From: an uncultured Chloroflexia bacterium
GTDB lineage: Bacteria > Chloroflexota > Anaerolineae > JAAYZQ01
Length of the DNA: 64,000 nucleotides
NCBI GenBank assembly: GCA_963700285.1
Contig: CAVOXA010000015.1
Span: forward strand, 1-64,000
Direction: 5' to 3'
A model generated the notes under the pieces. It worked only from the letters and a program-made list of their open reading frames with translations, ran no database searches and was not told where the DNA came from. Shown here piece by piece: positions 9,598 through 18,992 of the stretch. Each line of letters starts with the position of its first letter. The stretch's first letter is position 1. A program made the position numbers and the translations under genes.

Positions 9598-11139
9598 ATG
9601 ACAGAAGTTGATGGCAAAAACAAGGATGCCGAACAGGAGGGCATGGCTGCTACGGGTACCGCCGCTGACGGCCGGGCCCCTGGGGATGAGGTTGTTGAGC
9701 CGCAAAATGCCTTGCCCGAGGTGACGATGGAGACATTGCCTTCAAACCTGCGTGAGGCAGCCGCCCGGGCAGGTTGGGCAAAGCTGATGCCGGTCCAGGC
9801 CAAGGCCATTCCCTATCTATTGGCCGGACGTGACCTGATGATCCAGTCGCGCACGGGAAGCGGCAAGACGGGCGCCTTCCTCCTGTCGATCCTGGAACGG
9901 ATTGATCTGAAACGGGCCACGTGCCAGGCGATGGTACTGGTTCCCACGCGTGAACTCGCCCGGCAGGTCGCCCACGAGGCCGAGATCCTGGCCGGCGATG
10001 CGGGGATGCGTACCGCAGTCGTCTATGGTGGCGTGGCCTACGGGCCGCAGCTCAGCGCCTTCCGCCAGGGCGCGCACCTCGTAGTGGGTACTCCAGGACG
10101 CATCCTGGATCATCTACTCAAGCGCAATCTGTCGCTCAAGAACCTGCAGATGTTGGTCTTTGATGAAGCTGACCGCATGCTGTCCATGGGGTTCTACCCT
10201 GACATGAGGCGGGTGCAAGGTTACCTGCCCTCCCGTGGCGATTCTAATCGCATCAATGGCTATATGTTTTCTGCCACCTTTCCCGCCCATGTGATGCGCG
10301 TGGCAAAAGAGTTTCTTTACCAGCCCGAGTTCTTGAGCTTGAGCCGGGACCAGGTCCACGTGACAGACACCGAACACGTCTACTATACAGTCCCGCGCAT
10401 GGACAAGGACCGCAGCCTGGTACGCATCATCGAGATCGAGAATCCAGCCTTCGCCCTCATCTTTTGCAACACCAAGGCTCGCGTGCACTATGTGGCCACG
10501 GTCCTGCAGCGTTTTGGCTACGATGCCGACGAGTTGAGTTCCGACCTCTCGCAGAAGGCGCGCGAAAAGATCATGGCCCGTATGCGTGAAGGGAGCCTGC
10601 GTTTCCTAGTGGCCACGGACGTGGCGGCACGTGGCATCGACCTGCCGGACCTTTCCCACGTCATTATCTACGAGCCGCCGGAAGACCTCGAAGACTATAT
10701 CCATCGTGCTGGACGTACCGGACGCGCCGGCGCAAGCGGAGTGGCTATCTCTCTGGTGGATGTCCTGGATCTGATGCAGTTGGAACGCATTGCCAAAAGG
10801 TATGGCATCGAGCTTCAGGAATGGCCCCTCCCTAGCGACGAGGACGTCACGACCATCGTCTCACAGCGCGTCACGGCGATGCTGGAAGCCCGCTTGCGGG
10901 ATCGCGACCGTCTGCAGACCGAACGTATGCAGCGTTTTCTTCCCCTGATTCACAGCTTGAACCAGAGCGACGAGGGGCTGGCTCTCTTGACTATGCTGCT
11001 GGATGATTATTACCAGCTCACCCTGCATGGCCCCTTGCTCCAACCGCCGCCGAGGGAGCTGTCCAGGCAGACCCAAGGCTCGCCCAGCAAAAAATCTGGC
11101 TCCAGGCAACGGAGGGGTGGCCGCGGCCGGCGCAGGTAA
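9598..11139 (+). CDS. DEAD-box RNA helicase
   Basis: Q motif (MPVQ), RTGSGKT, PTRELA, DEAD, SAT, ARGID, HRAGRTGR, basic C-terminal tail. Confidence 0.95.
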   Translation: MTEVDGKNKDAEQEGMAATGTAADGRAPGDEVVEPQNALPEVTMETLPSNLREAAARAGWAKLMPVQAKAIPYLLAGRDLMIQSRTGSGKTGAFLLSILERIDLKRATCQAMVLVPTRELARQVAHEAEILAGDAGMRTAVVYGGVAYGPQLSAFRQGAHLVVGTPGRILDHLLKRNLSLKNLQMLVFDEADRMLSMGFYPDMRRVQGYLPSRGDSNRINGYMFSATFPAHVMRVAKEFLYQPEFLSLSRDQVHVTDTEHVYYTVPRMDKDRSLVRIIEIENPAFALIFCNTKARVHYVATVLQRFGYDADELSSDLSQKAREKIMARMREGSLRFLVATDVAARGIDLPDLSHVIIYEPPEDLEDYIHRAGRTGRAGASGVAISLVDVLDLMQLERIAKRYGIELQEWPLPSDEDVTTIVSQRVTAMLEARLRDRDRLQTERMQRFLPLIHSLNQSDEGLALLTMLLDDYYQLTLHGPLLQPPPRELSRQTQGSPSKKSGSRQRRGGRGRRR

Positions 11140-11176
11140 GCCCGGGTTTTGGGGGCAAGCGTTCTCTGCGCGTGCT

Positions 11177-11206
11177 TTGACCAAGATGGTGGGGGTGTGC
11201 TACAAT
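11177..11206 (+). promoter_or_regulatory. sigma70-type promoter for the translin gene
   Basis: TTGACC-18 bp-TACAAT with extended -10 TG. Confidence 0.55.
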
Positions 11207-11235
11207 CTACCAAATCAGGTTCTTGAGGAGCTTAT

Positions 11236-11874
11236 ATGGAAAAGCTGGACACCGTTGTTGAAGAGATCCGTTCCGAGCTTGAGGCCAAAAGTGCCGTGCG
11301 GGACACGGCGCTGCAGCGATCCCGTGCCCTGATTCGTTACTGCGCCAACGCCATCCGTGCCGCTCACCGGGGCGATTTTGAGGATTCAGAAGCCCTACTG
11401 GCCACGACACGAGACGCTGCCTGCGAGTTGATAGATGGTGTGGGAGCTTATCCCGACCTCTACTATGCCGGATACACCCGGGATGCACTCAAAGAATACG
11501 TAGAAGCCCAGGTGGTCTATGCCTTTATTACGGACGGCGCCCTGCCGTCCCATGAAGACCTGGGAGTAGAAGCCTCGGTTTACCTCAAGGGTCTGGCCGA
11601 GGCGGCCAGCGAGATGCGGCGTCACGCATTGGACCTGATGCGGCAGAACCAGTTGGATCGTGCCGAGCAGATGCTGGGCATCATGGACGCCGTCTACAGC
11701 CAGCTCATCACCGTGGACTTTCCTGATGCCATCACCGATGGATTGCGGCGTACAACCGACATGCTGCGTGGCGTGGTACAGCGTACCCGAGGCGATCTGA
11801 CCACAGCCATCCGGCAGGAGATGATGCGGCAGGCACTGCGGGACTTTGAGGATCGCATGGGGATGAACGAATGA
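11236..11874 (+). CDS. translin/TRAX family protein
   Basis: RDTALQRSR..IR..ANAIRAAHRG, KEYVEA, YLKGLAEAASEMRR, DFPDAITDGLRRTTD. Confidence 0.85.
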   Translation: MEKLDTVVEEIRSELEAKSAVRDTALQRSRALIRYCANAIRAAHRGDFEDSEALLATTRDAACELIDGVGAYPDLYYAGYTRDALKEYVEAQVVYAFITDGALPSHEDLGVEASVYLKGLAEAASEMRRHALDLMRQNQLDRAEQMLGIMDAVYSQLITVDFPDAITDGLRRTTDMLRGVVQRTRGDLTTAIRQEMMRQALRDFEDRMGMNE

Positions 11875-12095
11875 CCAGCCAGGACCAGGCGGTGACGCTC
11901 ATTCGAGAACTGCTTGTGGCGGGAAGCAACGAGGATCTGCAAAAGCTCATCGCGCTGAACCTGCCTCGCATGGACGATACCTTTTTCTCCGTACTGACGG
12001 ATGCCGCGGAGGCAGAGTCGATGCGGAACCCAGCCGTATCTGAGCATCTCATGGCCCTGGCGCAAACGCTATTGCCCTTGCGTACATTGATCTAG
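11871..12095 (+). CDS. hypothetical protein (74 aa)
   Basis: ATGA overlap with the translin stop codon, host-like codon usage. Confidence 0.65.
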   Translation: MTSQDQAVTLIRELLVAGSNEDLQKLIALNLPRMDDTFFSVLTDAAEAESMRNPAVSEHLMALAQTLLPLRTLI

Positions 12096-12239
12096 GATCG
12101 GTAGACCGCAGTACCCGCTTGTAGCAGGCTCCCTGGTACCTTTCTTCCTGGCATTCGTGAGCGTATCGGGGCACTAGGGTGCCCACCACGAATCATCGTT
12201 CGTTGCCAGTCTCTTCCAATCGGACCAGATCAGCCCATT

Positions 12240-12268
12240 TTGACATCTGGTGCGCGCTGTTGTATAAT
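12240..12268 (+). promoter_or_regulatory. consensus sigma70 promoter of the sdh operon
   Basis: TTGACA-17 bp-TATAAT, perfect consensus. Confidence 0.85.
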
Positions 12269-12322
12269 CTCAAGCGCAGTTTTCCGCAGCAGGATCTGTG
12301 ACCAAACAAGGAGGTTAGCGCA

Positions 12323-12718
12323 ATGGCTGCGATCACCAACCTAACTCGCGCCGTGACCTACCGGGGCCGCGAAGGGCAGATCGCCTGGATGCTGCACCGG
12401 TTTGCCGGTGTGAGCGTTTTCTTTTTCCTCGCCCTTCACATCATCGACATTTTCCTCATGGCCTTTGGCCCCGAAGTCTTTGATACCCTGCTCTTCTTCT
12501 ATCACAAATGGTTTTTCAAGCTCGCCATTGTGTTTGGGCTGTACCCGGGCGTCGTGTACCACGGCTTGAACGGCATCCGGGTGATCCTCATCGACTTTTG
12601 GCCCGATCTCGGCAAGAAACAGGCGATGCTCTTCCGGGGCCAGATCGTTGTCTTCCTTGTCATCTACATCCCGTCAGCCGTCATCATGCTGATCAAGATG
12701 TTTGGCAGCCACGCCTAG
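12323..12718 (+). CDS. sdhC: succinate dehydrogenase cytochrome b556 subunit
   Basis: AWMLHRFAG, LALHIID, YHGLNGIRVILIDFWP. First gene of the sdh operon. Confidence 0.9.
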   Translation: MAAITNLTRAVTYRGREGQIAWMLHRFAGVSVFFFLALHIIDIFLMAFGPEVFDTLLFFYHKWFFKLAIVFGLYPGVVYHGLNGIRVILIDFWPDLGKKQAMLFRGQIVVFLVIYIPSAVIMLIKMFGSHA

Positions 12719-12732
12719 AAGGAGGCCCGATC

Positions 12733-13098
12733 ATGCAATTCAGTCCTGCTCGACCCCGTCCTGCCAGCAACTTTGAGCTCTATAGCTGGTGGTTCATGCG
12801 CATTTCGGCCATCGTCATGATCTTGCTGGTTGGCTTCCACCTATTCTACATGCATGTCATCCTGGGTGTGGATGCGATCGACTTTGAGGTCATTGCCCAG
12901 CGCTGGCAGTCGCCATTCTGGCGCCTCTTTGATCTGTTCATGTTGGTGTTTGCCTGGCTCCACTGTACAAACGGCGTACGCATCGTTGTTGACGACTATA
13001 TCCATTCACAGGGCTGGCGCACCCTGGCCAAATCTGGGCTCTATATGCTTGCTTTTGTCATCATTGTCCTGGGGGCCTATGTGATCTTTACCTTTTGA
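12733..13098 (+). CDS. sdhD: succinate dehydrogenase membrane anchor subunit
   Basis: NFELYSWWFMRISA, LHCTNGVRIVVDDY. RBS GGAGG before ATG 12733. Confidence 0.9.
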   Translation: MQFSPARPRPASNFELYSWWFMRISAIVMILLVGFHLFYMHVILGVDAIDFEVIAQRWQSPFWRLFDLFMLVFAWLHCTNGVRIVVDDYIHSQGWRTLAKSGLYMLAFVIIVLGAYVIFTF

Positions 13099-13186
13099 CC
13101 TGGGCCTACACGGCAACGCCCAGGTTGCCAGTGGGGGCGCTCCCGGCGACAGTTGGGGGCATCCGGTGAATTCTTGAGGAGTTGAT

Positions 13187-14911
13187 ATGTACCATTCTTA
13201 CGATGCAGTCATCGTTGGTGCTGGAGGGGCGGGGTTGCGCGCTGCCCTGGAACTGGGCCAGGTGGGTAGCGTGGCAGTTCTCAGCAAGCTTTACCCGACC
13301 CGGTCGCACACAGGCGCAGCCCAGGGCGGCATTGGCGCCGCACTGGGCAACACCGAGGAAGACCTTGCGGAGTGGCATGCCTTCGATACGGTCAAAGGCG
13401 GCGACTATCTGGTTGACCAGGACGCGGCCGAAGCGATGTGCCAGGAGGCCATCGAGATCGTCTATGAGTTGGAGCACTGGGGCCTGCCCTTTGACCGTAC
13501 GCCAGACGGCAAGATCGCCCAACGCCCTTTTGGCGGCCATACCCACCACTTTGGCCGGGGACCGGTACGTCGTTCGTGCTACGCCGCCGACCGGACCGGG
13601 CACATGATCGTACAGACCATGTACCAGCAGTGCATCCGCCACAACGTCCGCTTCTTTGACGAATACCACGTCCTCGACCTGTTGGTGGAGGATGGCGTGG
13701 CCTGCGGGGTAACGGCCTACCAGATCCTCACCGGCGAGATCCACACGTTCCGGGCCAAGACCATCCTGTTCGCCACTGGCGGCATGGGCCGGATGTTCAA
13801 GATTACGTCGAACGCCCACGCCCTGAGCGGCGATGGCCCCGCCATTGCGCTGCGGCGTGGGATTCCAATGGAGGACATGGAGTTCTTTCAGTTCCACCCT
13901 ACAGGCATATACAAAATGGGTATTCTCATCACCGAGGCGGTGCGCGGCGAGGGGGGTATCCTGCTCAATAGCGAGGGTGAGCGCTTTATGGAGCGCTATT
14001 CGCCCACGCTCCTCGATCTGGCGCCGCGGGACATTGTCTCTCGGGCCATCTACCTGGAGGTGCAGGAGGGCAGGGGGCATGATGGCAAGGACTATGTGAA
14101 CCTCGACGCCAGCCACCTTGGTCGCGAGGTTGTTGAGGCCAAGCTGCCCGACATTGCCGATTTCTGCCTGACCTATCTGGGCATCGATCCGGCCGTCCAG
14201 CCCATGCCGGTGCAGCCCACGGCCCACTATGCCATGGGTGGCATCCCCACTGACATGGATGGCCGGGTGGTCATTGATGATGTGAACACGCCCATGCCCG
14301 GGTTCTACTCGGCCGGTGAGTGCGCCTGTGTGTCGGTGCACGGCGCCAATCGCCTGGGCACCAACTCACTGGTGGACATCCTCGTCTTTGGACGGCGCGC
14401 GGGGCGCGATATGGCCCGCTACATACGCGAGAACGATTTTGTGCCCCTGCCGTCGGAGCCCGAGTGCGATGCCTGCGACGAAGTGGAACACTTGCTCGAT
14501 GGCTCTGGGGACGAAAGTGTGGCGGATATCCGTACAGAGTTGCAGGCGACCATGATGGACAACATCGGTGTGTTCCGCATCGAGAGTCAGATGCAGGCTG
14601 CTGTGGACAGGGTCCACGAGCTGCAGGAGCGGTACCGCCGGGTCAGCATCCAGGATCGGGGCAAGACCTTCAACACCGAGTTGCTGGAAGCCCTGGAATT
14701 GGGCTACCTGCTGGACCTGGCCGAGGTTACAGCCGAGAGCGCCCTGGCTCGCACGGAGAGCCGTGGCGCCCACTCACGGGAGGATTACCCGGAACGGGAC
14801 GATGAGAACTGGCTAAAGCACACGTTGGCCTACCGTACCGAGCGTGGCGTGGAACTCAAGTACAAGCCGGTGGCTATCACACGCTTTGAGCCGAAGCCGA
14901 GAACGTATTGA
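13187..14911 (+). CDS. sdhA: succinate dehydrogenase flavoprotein subunit
   Basis: GAGGAG, RSHTGAAQGG (FAD His), QFHPTG, HYAMGG, HGANRLGTNSL. Confidence 0.97.
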   Translation: MYHSYDAVIVGAGGAGLRAALELGQVGSVAVLSKLYPTRSHTGAAQGGIGAALGNTEEDLAEWHAFDTVKGGDYLVDQDAAEAMCQEAIEIVYELEHWGLPFDRTPDGKIAQRPFGGHTHHFGRGPVRRSCYAADRTGHMIVQTMYQQCIRHNVRFFDEYHVLDLLVEDGVACGVTAYQILTGEIHTFRAKTILFATGGMGRMFKITSNAHALSGDGPAIALRRGIPMEDMEFFQFHPTGIYKMGILITEAVRGEGGILLNSEGERFMERYSPTLLDLAPRDIVSRAIYLEVQEGRGHDGKDYVNLDASHLGREVVEAKLPDIADFCLTYLGIDPAVQPMPVQPTAHYAMGGIPTDMDGRVVIDDVNTPMPGFYSAGECACVSVHGANRLGTNSLVDILVFGRRAGRDMARYIRENDFVPLPSEPECDACDEVEHLLDGSGDESVADIRTELQATMMDNIGVFRIESQMQAAVDRVHELQERYRRVSIQDRGKTFNTELLEALELGYLLDLAEVTAESALARTESRGAHSREDYPERDDENWLKHTLAYRTERGVELKYKPVAITRFEPKPRTY

Positions 14912-14918
14912 TAGGGAT

Positions 14919-14979
14919 GGACCATGGACGACGGACGATGGAGGAGGAAGCGCCGTCTGTCGTCAGCCGTCGGTCGTCC
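14919..14979. repeat. inverted heptamer tandem repeat between sdhA and sdhB
   Basis: GGACCAT GGACGAC GGACGAT (GGAGGAG) followed by CGTCTGT CGTCAGC CGTCGGT CGTCC. Can fold back on itself. Confidence 0.65.
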
Positions 14980-15001
14980 TTGTTCAAGAGGGGAGTATCC
15001 C

Positions 15002-15703
15002 ATGGAAGTTACACTCAAGATCCAGCGTTTCAATCCCGATACCGATAAGAAGCCCTATTGGGCCAAGTACCAGGTTGAGGCAGAAGCTACCGACCGGCTG
15101 CTGGATGCGTTGCACGGGGTCAAGTGGTATCAGGACGGGACACTGGCCTTCCGCCGCTCCTGCGCCCACGGGGTTTGCGGCTCCGACGCGCTGACGGTCA
15201 ATAGCGTCAACCGCTTGGCCTGCAAAGTGCTCATGCAGGATCTGGGCTCCAAGGTCACGGTCGAACCCCTGCGCGGCTTTCCCATTGTCAAGGATCTGGT
15301 CGTGGATATGGAGCCTTTCTTTGAGAAGTATCGGTTGGTCAAGCCCTACTTTGTCACCTACGACCCCGATCCGCCTGTGGAGCGCTATCAGAGCCAGGAG
15401 GACCGGGCCAAGTTCGACGACACCACCAAATGCATCCTCTGTGGCGCCTGCACCAGTTCCTGCCCCTCCTTCTGGGGCAACCGCGACTATGTTGGGCCAG
15501 CGGCTATTGTCCAGGCCCATCGTTTCATCTTTGACAGCCGCGACCAGGGCGCCAACGAGCGATTGGAGATCCTCAACGATCGGGACGGCGTATGGCGCTG
15601 CCGGACCATCTTTAACTGCGTGGGAGCCTGTCCCCGCGAGATCGACGTGACGCGGGCCATTGGCGAGGTCAAGAAGCTGCTGTTGTTCAATCGGATGGTG
15701 TAG
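15002..15703 (+). CDS. sdhB: succinate dehydrogenase iron-sulfur subunit
   Basis: RRSCAHGVCGSD, CILCGACTSSCP, CRTIFNCVGACP. Confidence 0.97.
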   Translation: MEVTLKIQRFNPDTDKKPYWAKYQVEAEATDRLLDALHGVKWYQDGTLAFRRSCAHGVCGSDALTVNSVNRLACKVLMQDLGSKVTVEPLRGFPIVKDLVVDMEPFFEKYRLVKPYFVTYDPDPPVERYQSQEDRAKFDDTTKCILCGACTSSCPSFWGNRDYVGPAAIVQAHRFIFDSRDQGANERLEILNDRDGVWRCRTIFNCVGACPREIDVTRAIGEVKKLLLFNRMV

Positions 15704-15742
15704 CGGTAGGGAACTGGTGGACACTATCCACCGGAGATGAGG

Positions 15743-15781
15743 GGCGCTGCCAGCAGGAGGCTGGCGGCGCCTTTTCGTTTT
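15743..15781 (+). terminator. rho-independent terminator of the sdh operon
   Basis: GGCGCTGCCAGC/GCTGGCGGCGCC stem followed by TTTTCGTTTT. Confidence 0.75.
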
Positions 15782-15784
15782 CGC

Positions 15785-16294
15785 TTAGCTCATTGCCTCG
15801 ATCTGTGTGGCCAAGAACCGGGCTACCTCGGCCATGCTGAAGGGCCAGGCGTAGGCTATCGGGATGCCAGGGTATCGCACCCGCGCCCGTTCAATGGCTG
15901 CCGGAATGTCCAGCTCGGCATGTTCGCCGCCGCGGGTCATCATCGGCGTGATCACCGTGATGCTGCTGGCTTCTCTGGCCACGGCCTGCTCAAGCGCTTC
16001 GTCCAGCGCCGGTCCGCAGAACTCGCCAAAGCCAACGATCACTTCCCGGCCGGACTCCTGCCTCAGGTATTCGGCCATCTCCATGGAGGCCGCGAAGAAA
16101 GGGTCATTCTCCGCCGTTCTCGGCCAGGCTCGCATTTTGGCATGCAATTCGTCATAGCGCCGCCCCATTTCCCGGCGCTGGGCGTCGGAGGCGTGTGCCA
16201 TCCGGCCATACAAGCCAAAGAACTCGGCTGTTTCCTGACGCGGAAAATCATTGGGCGGCGCGCCGTGCATGGCCAGAACGATGATTGATGGCAT
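15785..16294 (-). CDS. cbiX: CbiX/SirB-type sirohydrochlorin chelatase (short form)
   Basis: IVLAMHG, VGFGEFCGPAL, ITPMMTRGGEHAELDIP, YAWPF. Confidence 0.8.
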   Translation of the reverse strand: MPSIIVLAMHGAPPNDFPRQETAEFFGLYGRMAHASDAQRREMGRRYDELHAKMRAWPRTAENDPFFAASMEMAEYLRQESGREVIVGFGEFCGPALDEALEQAVAREASSITVITPMMTRGGEHAELDIPAAIERARVRYPGIPIAYAWPFSMAEVARFLATQIEAMS

Positions 16295-16399
16295 AGGTAT
16301 CTCCTCTAGATCAGAAGGGCGGAACCAGAATGGTTCCGCCCTCATCGAATCAGTTTCGGTTAGAGATCCTAGAAAGTGGATCCCTTCAGCGCGTTCGCC

Positions 16400-16894
16400 C
16401 TAGCCGCCACGCGCGCCCAACTGGCGGTCCAACATAAAGAGCGCCTGCCCTTTGTCGCCGATCCTTTTCAGGATCTCAAGGACCTTGGTGGCGTTCTCCT
16501 CTTCCTCGACCTGCTCGTCCACAAACCACTGCAGCGTGCTTAGGCTGGCATAGTCCTTCTCTTCGACAGCCATGCCGTACAGGTTGTGGATGCAGCCGGT
16601 GATGTACTGCTCGTGAGCCAGTGTCTTCTCAAAGACGCCGACAGGCCCATCGAACTCCAGGGGCGGCTTTGCGATGGCCTCCAGAACCACGCGCCCACCA
16701 CGGCTATGGACAAAGCCGTAGAACTTCATGGCATGTTCCATCTCTTCGTTGGTCTGCGCGCGCATCCACTTGGCAAAGCCCGGAAGGTTGATCGACTCGC
16801 AATAGGCTGCCATCGAGAGGTAGATGTAGGCCGAGGCCAACTCCTCGTTGATCTGCTTGTTGATGGCGTCCTGCATCTTTTTGCTCAGCTCCAT
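16400..16894 (-). CDS. ftnA: non-heme ferritin
   Basis: INKQINEELASAYIYLSM, EEMEHAMKF, HEQYIT, LQWFVDEQVEEE. Confidence 0.95.
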   Translation of the reverse strand: MELSKKMQDAINKQINEELASAYIYLSMAAYCESINLPGFAKWMRAQTNEEMEHAMKFYGFVHSRGGRVVLEAIAKPPLEFDGPVGVFEKTLAHEQYITGCIHNLYGMAVEEKDYASLSTLQWFVDEQVEEEENATKVLEILKRIGDKGQALFMLDRQLGARGG

Positions 16895-17128
16895 TTTTCG
16901 CTCCTTTTTCTTTTTGCTATTGGTGCCACGGATGTCACCGTGATGGCTCCAATTTAAGCAGTTATTATTGTAGAAATCAGTATAGCACGGAAAGCGACGA
17001 CTGTCAAAACTTGGACCGGGATTGGTTCGCTGTCGGCGCTCTCGCGGGTGTAGACCAGGTGCGGTATGCGCTAGAGGGAGCCAAACCAAGACCTGAAACT
17101 CGCAACCCGTAGGCGTCTGCCAGGGATC

Positions 17129-17157
17129 TTGACAAGGTCAATAATGTGGGCTATAAC
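17129..17157 (+). promoter_or_regulatory. sigma70-type promoter
   Basis: TTGACA-17 bp-TATAAC upstream of the nitroreductase gene. Confidence 0.65.
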
Positions 17158-17185
17158 AGACCCAGCCAGCGTATGAGGGGAAGCC

Positions 17186-18820
17186 ATGCCCGACCTTGGT
17201 CAAGTTCTGGTCTACCACGAGGCCACCAAGCATCATTTCAACCGTTTTGCCCGCGGGCCGGGCGGTCTCGACTGGGCGACCCAGCCTGATCCGTTTCGCC
17301 GCTATCAAGGCGCGCCTGTGCTGCGCCTGACGCGGGTCGAACCTGGCGCTGGCCCACCGTATGAAGCCGCTTTCTGGCCGGGGCAGGTCGAGACCCGGAG
17401 GCTGGATCTCACCAGCATCTCTCAACTCTTTTTGGACAGCCTGGCGCTGTCGGCCTGGAAGCGGGCCGGGGAGGTGAGTTGGGCGCTGCGGGTCAATCCT
17501 TCCAGCGGCAACCTGCACCCAACCGAGGGATATCTCATCTGCGGTCCGGTGGCCGGTCTGACCGGGACGCCCATGGTGGCCCACTATGCACCGCGCGAAC
17601 ATGCCCTGGAAGTGCGGGCCGAATTCGCGCTGGAGATCTGGCAGGCCCTGACCAACGATCTGCCTGAGGACGCGATCCTGATTGGCCTGTCCTCCATTCA
17701 CTGGCGTGAAGCCTGGAAGTATGGCGAGCGTGCCTTCCGCTACTGCCAGCATGACGTGGGCCATGCTATGGCCGCCATCAGCCTTGCCGCCGCAGGTTTG
17801 GGTTGGCAGGTTACCTTGTTGGATGGTCTGGGCTCGGAGCAGCTATCCCAACTGATGGGGATCTCGGAGCCCCAAGGTGTGGAAGCGGAGCATCCAGATT
17901 GCCTTCTGGCGGTCTATCCTCAGGACCCGTCTTTTGCTGATAGGGGTCTGCCAGAGCAGGTTCTCGCGGAGTTTGTCGATCTCCCCTGGAAGGGCAAACC
18001 CAACCTGCTCAGCCCAGGACACCGGGAGTGGCCGGCCATCGACAGGGCCGCTGTTGCGACCGAAAAGCCACCTACACAGGGCATCTACGACCAGGCTGCT
18101 ACTCCTCAGAGCCCGGACGTCCCGAATGCTTCCGAATCGTCCACCCCACTTTCGCTGCGTCAGATCGTCCGGCAGCGCCGCAGCGCCGTGGCCATGGACC
18201 CGCACGCCACCCTGAGGCGCGATCTGTTCTACCAGATCCTGTGCAAGATGCAGGCTGCGCGGGGGCAGTTCCCCTTCAGCACACTGCCATGGAATCCGCT
18301 GGTTCACCTGGCGATCTTGTTGCACCGGGTCGAGGATCTGGAACCTGGACTATACTTTCTGATCCGGCAGCCTGGGATGGAAAAGGCTCTTCGATCCGCG
18401 ATGGGGAGAGATTTCTTGTGGCAAAAGCCGGAATCCTGCCCCGCAGATCTGGCGCTGTACCTGCTGGCGCCAGGGGACGCACGGGACGCGGCAAAGCAGT
18501 TGTCCTGTCACCAGGATATTGCCTCCGACGGGTGCTTTAGTCTCGGCATGCTGGCCAGCTACGAGGCGCCTCTCCAGCGTTTTGGCTCTTGGTTCTACCG
18601 GCGGCTGTTCTGGGAATGCGGCATGGTCGGGCAGGTGCTTTACCTGGAGGCCGAGGCGGCCGGGTTGCGAGGAACCGGCATCGGCTGTTTTTTTGACGAT
18701 GGGGTGCATGATCTGCTGGGCCTGGAAGGCCAGTCTTACCAGAGCCTCTATCATTTTACCGTAGGCCACCCGATGGAAGATGAGCGTTTGACGACCTTGC
18801 CCGCCTACCCTGATGATTGA
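17186..18820 (+). CDS. SagB/ThcOx-family tandem nitroreductase-domain protein
   Basis: YHEATKH, LDWATQPDPFRRY, LRVNPSSGNLHPTEGY, WREAWKYGERAFRY, second domain RQRRSA...GTGIGCFFDD. Confidence 0.88.
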   Translation: MPDLGQVLVYHEATKHHFNRFARGPGGLDWATQPDPFRRYQGAPVLRLTRVEPGAGPPYEAAFWPGQVETRRLDLTSISQLFLDSLALSAWKRAGEVSWALRVNPSSGNLHPTEGYLICGPVAGLTGTPMVAHYAPREHALEVRAEFALEIWQALTNDLPEDAILIGLSSIHWREAWKYGERAFRYCQHDVGHAMAAISLAAAGLGWQVTLLDGLGSEQLSQLMGISEPQGVEAEHPDCLLAVYPQDPSFADRGLPEQVLAEFVDLPWKGKPNLLSPGHREWPAIDRAAVATEKPPTQGIYDQAATPQSPDVPNASESSTPLSLRQIVRQRRSAVAMDPHATLRRDLFYQILCKMQAARGQFPFSTLPWNPLVHLAILLHRVEDLEPGLYFLIRQPGMEKALRSAMGRDFLWQKPESCPADLALYLLAPGDARDAAKQLSCHQDIASDGCFSLGMLASYEAPLQRFGSWFYRRLFWECGMVGQVLYLEAEAAGLRGTGIGCFFDDGVHDLLGLEGQSYQSLYHFTVGHPMEDERLTTLPAYPDD

Positions 18821-18992
18821 TGGCGCTCCAAAGGAGGCGCCGGGCCCAGTTTTTCTGGCCCACAGCACTTGCGCTCCCCCTTGTTTTCTGCTAACATTGG
18901 GTTTCGGGGGAAGGGGGAGAGGATCGCACCAGTGATCTACTGCCCCTTTCTTGTTCAATCGGACCGGATTGGGTGGGTGTGGGAGTGAGAGC

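Noticed and set aside
6655-16294. pduO and cbiX as part of the MtmB/B12 system
   Set aside because: They are more than 35 kb away in housekeeping context and only show general cobamide use.
16950-16985. AT-rich stretch upstream of ferritin as a Fur/PerR box
   Set aside because: The location is plausible but there is no convincing inverted repeat.
17186-18820. SagB-like gene as a RiPP (azole) cluster
   Set aside because: There is no YcaO, precursor peptide or transporter nearby. Stand-alone tandem nitroreductases are common.
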